A stretch of 63,939 bases of DNA, counting the filler, from Lenisia limosa (lineage: Eukaryota > Protista > Breviatea): NCBI GenBank assembly GCA_001655205.1. It is 18 parts of 18 records of this genome, joined end to end, with 100 filler letters (N's around TTAATTAATTAA, not from the genome) between each part and the next. Parts side by side here need not be neighbours in the genome. Positions count along the whole stretch, not along the records: positions 49,229 to 52,201 come from LPNZ01007965.1; positions 52,302 to 54,387 come from LPNZ01003074.1; positions 54,488 to 58,053 come from LPNZ01005089.1; positions 58,154 to 60,926 come from LPNZ01002738.1; 14 more parts are not named here. The stretch is one strand, 5' to 3'. The translations under genes and the position numbers were made by a program. This document shows, piece by piece, positions 51,109-61,026 of this stretch. Position 1 is the first letter of the stretch; each line of letters begins with the position of its first letter. The notes beneath the pieces were generated by a model, which was not told the DNA's origin, made no database searches, and was given only the letters and a program-made list of their open reading frames with translations.

Positions 51109-51314
51109 GGGCTTTTCACTTACGGTTCGAAAAAAGACTTTCTCGATAAATCCTCGAAAACTGTCGATAGTTTACTGGATGAAGCCCTACGTAAAAAGAC
51201 ATTTGATAGTGCTGAACTAGGGCATCACTTCGGTTCGAAAAAGACCGGTAAAATATTGATAGTTTTCGAGGTTTTTCGAGAAATTCAGTTATTTTTTGAA
51301 CCGAAGTGAAGCCC
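51109..51314. mobile_element. Two adjacent MITE family B copies (51109-51187, 51220-51314), each flanked by TA on both sides
   Basis: tTA-gggctt..gaagccc-TAc and cTA-gggcatcacttcgg..ccgaagtgaagccc-TAg. Confidence 0.82.
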
Positions 51315-52201
51315 TAGGTGAACTTCAATATGCCTGGATCTCTTGATCGTTGACGTATTTTGCTCCATTTCATAAATTTTCAATTTTACTCAATACACTT
51401 TTTTTCTCATTACTAGTATGTATTCCCCTCAAGATCCATAATTATGTCGTTAATTTTTTTTCAGATGCCAAATCAGCTATCTCCCTTCAAAACTGTAGTA
51501 TAGTTCTAAATTCACGTTATATTTAGAAGGGAGATCAAGAAAGAAAAAATTTATAACTTATATTCACCGCCTAGGGTATCCCAATCGACCGTCTTCTTGA
51601 TATCCCTATTCACGCCCTGGGCTTTGTGGGGAGTGAGCGGGATGGTTATTCTTTGAATTCAATTTATATGGATCATTTTCTTTTATTGTTGGTAAGGAGC
51701 ATAATCTTGTAATGTCATTGATAATGATTATTATCATATGTAGTATTAATAAGGATGGTTCTCTTAATCGTTTAACATTGATAAAGATTGTCATCTTTAA
51801 ATTTTGATTAGCATTATAATCTTTCAATATTAATATTATTAATAAGGATGGTTCTAATGAGTATTTGATACAATTAATTGAATCATAAATATTAAAAAAA
51901 AACATCATTTACCAAGTAATTTACTGGCAATTCAACAAGAGCGTTCGTTTATCTGATAATTATACTTACAACCCAGTGGAGGGCGTATTTTACCTGGTAA
52001 TTTACTTACGAATTAGCGGACGGTTTCGTTTACAGTCGTGGAGAAAGCCCCCAAGGACGCTGCCACAATAACACTCGTGGATCGGTGTTTTATAAGGTGG
52101 GGGGGTTGGAGGGTCTTAACGAGGGTACTGGGGGTTGTTTAAATTGTTTTTCCACTGTTTCATAAATTTCCCAATTTTACTCCCCCCCCCCCACCCAGAC
52201 C

Positions 52202-52301
52202 NNNNNNNNNNNNNNNNNNNNNNNNNNNNNNNNNNNNNNNNNNNNTTAATTAATTAANNNNNNNNNNNNNNNNNNNNNNNNNNNNNNNNNNNNNNNNNNN
52301 N
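52202..52301. other. Artificial scaffold spacer
   Basis: 44N+TTAATTAATTAA+44N. Confidence 0.97.
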
Positions 52302-53183
52302 TAAATCGAGCTGCTGCTAGGGCTTCCCTGCGGTCCCCAAAAACACTGAATTTCTGGATAAATCGGTCTTTTTTGGACCGTAGGTATGCTAACCTTCAAT
52401 GCTGGTATTCAAATTCGCTATATGCCTCCCTCCCTCCTTCTAACTAAATAGTCATGGTTTGTACGACTCTTCACATCAGCACTTCTTCAAGCTGAGAAGA
52501 CTGACGATCTCACTGTGGGCGGAGATATTGACTTTTATTTAATGATTTAATGGGGGGATGGGGGGGTATTAAGGTGAGGACTTATTGAAGGGAGACTCAC
52601 TGTGGGCGGAGATTTTATTGATTTGCTTGAATCAGGAAACAAAAAATGCATGGGGATAGCATTATTGTGATCTTTATTGATTGCAATCCCCTCTTAATCA
52701 ATCGATTATGATAATTGCGCAATCCCTCACCCTTTAGACCCGACTCAGTAACCTCAATACCTACTTCACCTACTCTCTTTACAAGTAAGATAACATGAGT
52801 AAAATGGAATGTTAATTTTGCCAAGATTGAATTAAATCTAGGGAAACATAAGAATACATTGGGATACCGTAAACAAATTATTATTGCTACAATTTGGATT
52901 TATTCGATACGCTCGTGATGCTAGCCAATATAGTTGAATTTGGTGTTTTTCTTGTTTGTTATACATACAGGGCTGTTTATGTCCTCTGGTTTTCTCTTGT
53001 GTTGTTTTTGCCTGTTTTTTTTTTTTTTTGGANNNNNNNNNNNNNNNNNNNNNNNNNNNNNNNNNNNNNNNNNNNNNNNNNNNNNNNNNNNNNNNNNNNN
53101 NNNNNNNNNNNNNNNNNNNNNNNNNNNNTTGGGTTTTTTGTTTGTTTCATAAATTTCCAATTTTACTCACCCCTCCCCCCCAG

Positions 53184-54271
53184 TAACGTATGTCAATCCC
53201 TCTTTGCCCGGCATAAACTGCTGTTTTCCTTCCTTCTCGCAGTCAGGATTATGGACCAAACCGGCGAGGTGAGCTTGTTGTTCTCTTTTATGCTATTACT
53301 CCTTTGGCTGGGCTGGTCTCTAATTCTCCATTTTTCATTAGCCTTGCTATTCCCTTATCGAATAGCTCAATTAATCCATAATTATATTATGTTGTCTACT
53401 CCATCGTATCTACACATGTATTATTACTTCGTTTCACCCCACCCACTCGCAGTGACTGGCCTGGGCTTTGTTGTGTTGTTATCAACTCTCATGTGTTGTC
53501 AGCCAACAAAGTTGATTTTGGGGTTCTTTTTTTTTTTTTGTTTCATAAATTTTCCAATTTCACCCCCGTTTTTNNNNNNNNNNNNNNNNNNNNNNNNNNN
53601 NNNNNNNNNNNNNNNNNNNNNNNNNNNNNNNNNNNNNNNNNNNNNNNNNNNNNNNNNNNNNNNNNNNNNNNNNNNNNNNNNNNNNNNNNNNNNNNNNNNN
53701 NNNNNNNNNNNNNNNNNNNNNNNNNNNNNNNNNNNNNNNNNNNNNNNNNNNNNNNNNNNNNNNNNNNNNNNNNNNNNNNNNNNNNNNNNNNNNCCATTTT
53801 CACTCCCCCAGGTTTAATAATTCGGATTATTTGGTTCGTAATTTACGCAAGTATTCTTCATGTAAATTTCCTTCGTTTTACTCCCCCAGGTTGAGAATCC
53901 TATTGAGGCTTATATCGGCCATAACACGTGGACAGAACTGGTTGCCTTGTCTAAAGTGGGGTGATTGCAGAATTTCACTTCGGTTCGAAAACAGACTGAA
54001 CTTTTCGATAATTCCTCGAAAGCTATCGATGTTTTACCGGTCTTTTTCGAACCGAAGTACGTGTGCCTGAAGAAGGTCCAAAATAGTATCAATAAACCCG
54101 TACGTCTGACTGTGGTTTTCGTTTACATTCCGACAGATGTCTCCATTCGAAGGAATTTTAGATGCAATTTCGACGGACGCTACAGCCTGGGGCGAGTTCA
54201 TCGCCTCGGCCGACTGCCACACCGCTACTGTTCCGACTAACTTCGACTCGAGACTCCCTCCCGTTGCTAGG
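53184..54271 (+). CDS. Axonemal-type dynein heavy chain, AAA5-AAA6 region (fragment)
   Basis: NVCQSLFARHKLLFSFLLAVRIM matches the axonemal NVCRSLFxxxKLLFSFLL pattern. Then VENPIEAYIGHNTWTELVALSK and AWGEFIASADCHTATVPTNFDSRL. Confidence 0.8.
53450..53573 (+). repeat. Intron cassette, module A (complete)
   Basis: gtgactggcctgggctttgttgtgttgttatcaactctcatgtgttgtcagccaacaaagttgattttgggg..tttcataaattttccaatttcacccccg. An A-end also lies at 53129-53183, at an acceptor. Confidence 0.88.
53793..53889 (+). repeat. A-end followed by module C, each ending ctcccccAG
   Basis: ttcactcccccAG..ataattcgg..tttacgcaagtattcttcatgtaaatttccttcgttttactcccccAG. Only the second AG opens the dynein frame. Confidence 0.8.
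53973..54058. mobile_element. MITE family B copy (ends eroded)
   Basis: ttcacttcggttcgaaaacagac...ggtctttttcgaaccgaagt, about 17 nt after the donor at 53956. Confidence 0.8.
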
Positions 54272-54387
54272 GTGGGTGGGAAGGGATTCTTTTAGTTATC
54301 TTGGAGGATTATTGTTGATCCGCTTCACTTAAGGCTCCAGATTCTTTTTACCCTCGCCAATTCTTCATCGAAACTTCCTTTGTTTTA

Positions 54388-54487
54388 NNNNNNNNNNNNN
54401 NNNNNNNNNNNNNNNNNNNNNNNNNNNNNNNTTAATTAATTAANNNNNNNNNNNNNNNNNNNNNNNNNNNNNNNNNNNNNNNNNNNN
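54388..54487. other. Artificial scaffold spacer
   Basis: 44N+TTAATTAATTAA+44N. Confidence 0.97.
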
Positions 54488-55499
54488 TAGTATATTCCTG
54501 AGGGAAAGGAAGGAATTGATGAATTTGGTATACTGAAGGGTCTCAAACAGCACCTTGTTGGGATATCTAGAATACACTATTCATTGATAATCTTTAAAAC
54601 ATTGAGAAGCTACCATAACGATCCAATCTAACTTTCCAAAATATATTATTTAAAATGAAATGCAACACCTACCCCTCCTCCTTAATAAAAGAGACCCCCC
54701 CCCCCNNNNNNNNNNNNNNNNNNNNNNNNNNNNNNNNNNNNNNNNNNNNNNNNNNNNNNNNNNNNNNNNNNNNNNNNNNNNNNNNNNNNNNNNNNNNNNN
54801 NNNNNNNNNNNNNNNNNNNNNNNNNNNNNNNNNNNNNNNNNNNNNNNNNNNNNNNNNNTTCGCGCCTGCGGAGTTAAAATACAAATAGGAGGATATTGCT
54901 ATATCATACGATATGCAATTATAAAGAATACTGACTGGCAAAATGAGATGGGTGTAGTGGTATATCAAATGCTGGCGAGGCACGCACAAAGCTGTGTGTA
55001 CAAAGTTATAAGACAAACGATTGGGTGAATTAATATTATAGTATACTATAATCCAAATCTTTTATAAGCGTGATGGTGTAGAAGGCCTCGGCCAGATACA
55101 ACCTTGTTTTTTTTCCCATCGCCAATTATAGAGTATATCATATCAAATGCTATTTGATGGTGAGCGGCAAAATGAGATGAGTTACGTGACAAAGTGAGAA
55201 ATGTAACGAGGATGAACAGACTGTGTGTCTCAAGCAATTGTAGAAGATTTGTCTTGACAAAAATCGTTCAAGACTTGCCACTGTCAGTGTATATTATAGA
55301 CTGATGGCAACAATCATACATATCATATGTAAAGATGAGAAATATAAAAGGTAGTGTCGTACGTAGCACAATGAGCAAAGTGATGGGCACGGGATTGTGC
55401 CTGTTATTATAACAAAGCTGATTCATTATTCCCTTCCATACCTAACAGTTTTCCAATGCGTAGAAAAGTCCCCCTCCCCCACATGTTCGTAATAATGGC

Positions 55500-57606
55500 G
55501 GTTTAGACCAAGGAAGTGAAGGGCTATAAGTCGGAGAATTGATAGCGGGGTCATGCGGCTCAATTCGCACTTTTTCTGCAGAGGGGAGTAAAATTGGAAA
55601 ATTTATGAAACAAAAAAAAAAAGCCCAAATCAACACTGTTGGCCGACAGCACGCAAGGGTTGANNNNNNNNNNNNNNNNNNNNNNNNNNNNNNNNNNNNN
55701 NNNNNNNNNNNNNNNNNNNNNNNNNNNNNNNNNNNNNNNNNNNNNNNNNNNNNNNNNNNNNNNNNNNNNNCAATAATACTCAAAAGAATAACAATAATAG
55801 GAGGGAGCAGCTAAACCTCCCACAACATTTCATCAGTCAGTGACTTACCAGGGGTTTGTTGGGACGGGCATCCTTTCCCGCCACTGCAAACTAAACTCAT
55901 GAAAAAGGTTCTATTTGCATATGATGACAATGTTATTCTTATAAGTACATGAAAAATGTCTATATCATATCTTAATTATAATTAGAAAAAACGTCACAAA
56001 CAACACATATAACCAAACTACATCCAACTCTTACAATGTGTGATGAAATGAGACAGAACATCAAGTTTACCATCCACACCTCCCCCAAGACTGTATTACT
56101 TCTTAATAGAAACAACACGGTCCCCCTCCCCCAAGACTGTACACTTGATCTTACTCCCCACCCCGCTCACATTAATAGTCAACGGATAGATCTCAATGCG
56201 CGGCATGGCTAAACTGCCACTCATCACAATCTGACGTTTTATATGCGGACCTCCTCCAAACCTGAAGGGGTGACGGGTGGAGGGAGAGTGAAACAAAGAA
56301 AACTTGGAAGAATATCGTGGGGAAGGCACTAATCATGAATCGAATAATCTGAAACTCCCCACAAAAAAACAAAAACAAGACAAAAAAAAAAACAAAAAAA
56401 AAAANNNNNNNNNNNNNNNNNNNNNNNNNNNNNNNNNNNNNNNNNNNNNNNNNNNNNNNNNNNNNNNNNNNNNNNNNNNNNNNNNNNNNNNNNNNNNNNN
56501 NNNNNNNNNNNNNNNNNNNNNNNNNNNNNNNNNNNNNNNNNNNNNNNNNNNNNNNNNNNNNNNNNNNNNNNNNNNNNNNNNNNNNNNNNNNNNNNNNNNN
56601 NNNNNNNNNNNNNNNNNNNNNNNNNNNNNNNNNNNNNNNNNNTTGCATTTAAAGATTATCTAAAGTTGTAAAGTTGGATTATAAGAAGAATCTTTAACCG
56701 CAAACTCTTCAACGACAATCGCAGAGTTGTTGATCTCCATCTTCTTGGGGTCATATGGTGCGGGGTCTTTGATGGCCGCTTTCAGCTGGTTAAACCTGGA
56801 TTTGGTTAATAATAAGACGATTTTAGGAGAGGGAAGGGCAAAAGGGGCGGTTATTGACGATATATCGAGACAAAAATAGACGCTAGATGAATTATCCCGC
56901 ATTTTACGGGTACACTCTCTTTAAAACCGATAATAAAGATTAGTATAGCTGTCAAAGAAGGAAAATCAAGGTTGAGTTCAGAGTATGAGAAAATTTCTTG
57001 GATGTAAGTCTTCTCTCTGCTCCTCCTTCTCTCAATTAAGCTTATAATAACATAAAAACAGCAACCAAAACGCTCGAGAACAGGAATTCGTTCTTGCTCC
57101 CTCCTTCCATCCAAGAAATGCAATGCGATCCTCACCATTGCGTGTCAACCAGGTAGAAAGGGTAGTTCTTGATCTTCTGTGACCGAGCCTCAAGACTCTC
57201 GACCTTCGCCTGGGTAAGATCCTTTTGCTTGAGCATCTCGTTCCTGATCTCCTTGAGCTCAGTGATGTCCTTGAGGCCTTCGTGGAGCTTCTGTTCCATC
57301 TCACACCGGCTGGCTGGGAGGGGCCCGACTCGTTCCCGCATCTAGGCGGTCATTTTCTCGTTTTTCATCGGAATCAGAAAGAACAAAAGAACAAGTGACA
57401 GGCGAGCCTCAATCAGACAAAACAAGTCGATAAATCTGTCAGAGGCAAGAAGAACCGTTTGCCCAATATACCTGCTCCTCTTGGGGCATGGCAACGTCAG
57501 AAATATCTCTTTTGACAGGAAAACGATGGTCGATAAATGACTGAATGTCAACCTAATTTCGTTAGAAGAAATGGACTCAATATAAAAAGAGAGAGAGAGA
57601 GGGAGA

Positions 57607-57644
<38 letters not shown>

Positions 57645-58053
57645 TTAAACAGTTTCCATTGGTAGGCAATATGGTGCTAGTGAAAGTAAAAGCAATAGAT
57701 TATTCTATGAACCAGAAATAATCACATAACATTGGCAATAAAGGTGGGGCTGAACGTGAAACAAGATTAAAAAAATAGAGAGAGATTTTTTTAAAAAACG
57801 AAAACAACACGACAAAAAGACAGATCAAACGCCGATAAAAGAGGTGAACTGGGCTTAATAGTATACAAAGCCCCATATCGCGGGGCAACACACCTCAGGA
57901 TAAGCACCATCACGACCCGGTCGCACATCAGGGCGGCGAACTTGGTTGGGTGGCATGCCTGGACGAGGGGGCCCACCGGGTACGCCAAGACGCGTTATGG
58001 ACTGTGCTTGTGCCCGGGTTCCGTATGCAGCCCGGTGCGGTATAGGCTGGCCC
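55500..58053 (-). CDS. DUSP-domain protein, probable USP4/11/15-like deubiquitinase, with upstream Pro/Gly-rich and coiled-coil exons (fragment)
   Basis: PYDPKKMEINNSAIV and FGGGPHIKRQIVMSGSLAMPRIEIYPLTIN resemble the DUSP motifs PxxIDNSxL and YGGGPxIxRxV..VEVYPL. No catalytic Cys/His box is visible. Confidence 0.6.
55576..55663 (-). repeat. Intron 3'-end cassette, module A
   Basis: Sense tcaacccttgcgtgctgtcggccaacagtgttgatttgggc..tttcataaattttccaattttactcccctctgcAG. Confidence 0.85.
57587..57641 (+). repeat. (GA)n microsatellite, intronic
   Basis: About 25 GA units. Confidence 0.95.
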
Positions 58054-58153
58054 NNNNNNNNNNNNNNNNNNNNNNNNNNNNNNNNNNNNNNNNNNNNTTA
58101 ATTAATTAANNNNNNNNNNNNNNNNNNNNNNNNNNNNNNNNNNNNNNNNNNNN
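58054..58153. other. Artificial scaffold spacer
   Basis: 44N+TTAATTAATTAA+44N. Confidence 0.97.
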
Positions 58154-58244
58154 TGTTTTGTTGTTATCAACCCTCGTGTGTTGTCAGCCAACAGAGTTGA
58201 ATTTTTTGTTTTTGTTTCATAAATTTCCAATTTTACTCCCCAAG
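58154..58244 (+). repeat. Intron 3'-end cassette, module A
   Basis: tgttttgttgttatcaaccctcgtgtgttgtcagccaacagagttgaa..tttcataaatttccaattttactccccaAG. Confidence 0.88.
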
Positions 58245-58994
58245 GTATGTGGGGCGAAATCCTGTCCCCCTATCCGCATTCTTAACAACGACAATTGGCG
58301 GTTTGCCCTTGACTTGGCCGCCTCTTCGTTCCTCAGCTCCGTCGTGGTCAATTCAAAGTGGGGGGTGATGATGGTGATGATGGTGATGGTGATGATAATG
58401 ACACTTGTTTCTTCTCTCCTTCTCATAAGCCAATACTATCTCTCAAAATAGGCAATTTCTAAAATCACCAGGTTTATGGAAATGTCCCGAATTGTGAAGT
58501 GGTTCAAAGCGGACTTCGGAGAAACGGATATTGACGTAGGCAGATTAATTTAATCATTTTTTGAGCAATATAAGATTAGTATCACATATTTAGGGGATGA
58601 ACAATATTTTGTACAGATGTAGTATACGAGCTGTTTGTAAATTGACACATAAACATCTTGATTCATCCAGGTTTTTAATACACTGAAGCCGTACCTGTCA
58701 GAAACGATTGTCGAACAATGTCTTCCCTATGTTGATTCAGGTTTGCTTTTTTCACTACGGCACATTGACTTAGGATTCGTATGAAAGAGTTTGGATACCC
58801 TTTTAAATTGAAATGGGAATCCCATGTGGCTAATTGTTTGAAAATCGTTTTAAAGTGTCATCTCAATTTTTTTTCGAGGATTTATTGAGAAATCCAGTCT
58901 TTTTTTTTTGCAACGAAGTGAAGACCTTCTTATTCCTCCAGGAAAGCTGAAGATGAGATATGCCCCCTATGACTGGTCTCTGAACTCCAAGTAG
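58245..58994 (+). CDS. DUF547-domain protein, last four exons
   Basis: VCGAKSCPPIRILNNDNWRFALDLAASSFL..|..MSRIVKWFKADFG..|..|GKLKMRYAPYDWSLNSK* carries the CGAxSCPP, KWFxxDF and YDWSLN motifs. Confidence 0.82.
58862..58925. mobile_element. MITE family B, partial
   Basis: ttcgaggatttattgagaaatccagtcttttt..aacgaagtgaagacc. Other partial copies at 43861-43898 and 52320-52394. Confidence 0.6.
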
Positions 58995-60106
58995 CCTGTT
59001 TGTTTCAATTGTTATCGATTTCGCCTGTTTATCTCTTAAATGTTTCCTGTTTTGTTTTTATTTTTATTTAAATGTTATTGTTTATTATTTAAATTGCTGT
59101 CTTTCCTCTGCATTCAGATAGGTTGAATTATTTATTCATTGTGATGTTTATCCGCTTTCTTGATAAATTATTTTGCCCATCGTAATGCTGATGCCACAAT
59201 TGTTGAATTGTAGTCAAGTCACGCGCATTCGTATGTAATTTTTCACTAGTACACGTAAAATTGGTGCGACAAAATGGTGGTACGAGATCCAAATAGCACA
59301 CAGAATTTGGGTACGATTTTCAAAGATTAGATTCGGTCGTAAAATAGTTATGATGTTTAATACCAAGGTCTAATACCCCCCTTCAGGGCTTCAATGTCAG
59401 TTGAATTTAGGAAAGAGCTTCGTGTTCGAAACAATATCATTTTCGATCAGAGTTAAGCCATATTAATAGAGTGCGGAGTTAGTGACATCACTCTCATAAA
59501 TACAAATGTAAGAGGCGCTCTCTCATTGGTCAACATTTGTGTTTTTATGTATTGTTACAATCTACCTTTAGGATGTCTGAACTAACAACCCTAGTTTCTC
59601 GGGTCGAATTCAGTCGAAGTCAGTATTCAGGCTGATAGCGATAGCTATGCCAGCACTCAGGCCATAATGGTGGCTGCGAGATGATTGTGACTGACATGTG
59701 CTCAATACAATAATATCTGTTATGTGTTTCAAAACGTATGAAACCTTCGTATATTGTGTTAACCCGAAGGAAAATGTGTTCTCCTGGGTTGAGCTACTTT
59801 ACACAGGATTGTCCGATCATGTTCCGTCTATGATATTTTCATGCAATATTAGCAATAGCCAATGTTACTTTTATTTCGTATAGCATTGAACACAGCTCTG
59901 AAAATTTGGCGAATGCTCGAACCGAATGTGGCACTACAAAAAAAAAAAAAAAAAAANNNNNNNNNNNNNNNNNNNNNNNNNNNNNNNNNNNNNNNNNNNN
60001 NNNNNNNNNNNNNNNNNNNNNNNNNNNNNNNNNNNNNNNNNNNNNNNNNNNNNNNNNGAAATCTGAAATCTACATTAAAGAAACAAGAACACTAAATGCT
60101 GCCATC

Positions 60107-60926
60107 CTACTCCATTTCGCTTTCATCAGCGTCTGAATCGCTGAAACTGCCATAATTAACATCACCGGCAAGATAGGCTTCTTCAAGACTCCGTTGGTCA
60201 CGTGCGTCTTCTTCACTCGCTTCTTCTTCCTCCTCTTCCTTGAGGGGTGTAAAAATGGAACATTTATGAAGAACACATCATTAAAATCAACCACCATCAA
60301 CAACAACAACATCATCACCACCACCACCATCATCATAACCCACTAACGCACCTCGTCCGATTCATCCGACTCATCATCATCATCAGCCTGTTCGTTGTTC
60401 TGTACCTCATTACTTTCAAGGTCGTCCATGGATAACGCCTTCTAATGGAGGTTAATGGAGAAATGAGAGAAAAATACAACTATTGCTAAAAAGAGATAGG
60501 ATAAAGTGTGGGAGCAAAATATGGTGAAATTTTCAGAAACAAAAAACTATTTTGGGTACGCATTTGGGAAACACTCGCGGGTTAACATGTAGAGGTAAGT
60601 ATTCAACACTACTCTCTGTCCATAGTATAATAATCCCTCTTTCTCTCAACTTCTTTTTCCTATAGGAAACAGAACCAAAGCCGCCCCGCCCCTTAACTTC
60701 TCCCACTAAACAGAGGCATTGGATGGTACAATATTCTCTCATTTTTTCTAATGTTTAGTTGAACATTTTCTTCCATCCCAGTTTAGTACACAGAGGCATT
60801 GCACAATCTCTCTCATTGTTCAGTTTAACATATTCTTCCACTGGTCCACCCCCCCCCCCTGCTCACCTCCTTCTTGCCGTAGTACACAGAGGGGTCCTCA
60901 AAGTGAGTGTCATCGACATCGAAAGG
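60107..60926 (-). CDS. Hypothetical protein, acidic C-terminus
   Basis: KALSMDDLESNEVQNNEQADDDESDESDE|EEEEEEASEEDARDQRSLEEAYLAGDVNYGSFSDSDADESEME*. Confidence 0.55.
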
Positions 60927-61026
60927 NNNNNNNNNNNNNNNNNNNNNNNNNNNNNNNNNNNNNNNNNNNNTTAATTAATTAANNNNNNNNNNNNNNNNNN
61001 NNNNNNNNNNNNNNNNNNNNNNNNNN
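60927..61026. other. Artificial scaffold spacer
   Basis: 44N+TTAATTAATTAA+44N. Confidence 0.97.

Noticed and set aside
51740-51860. attaataaggatggttct repeated twice as a regulatory element
   Set aside because: It is a short duplication in very AT-rich intronic DNA with no other copies seen.
52894-53817. 307-aa ORF, the longest in the track
   Set aside because: It runs through N gaps and T-rich intron cassettes. Only 53184-53267 is coding (dynein).
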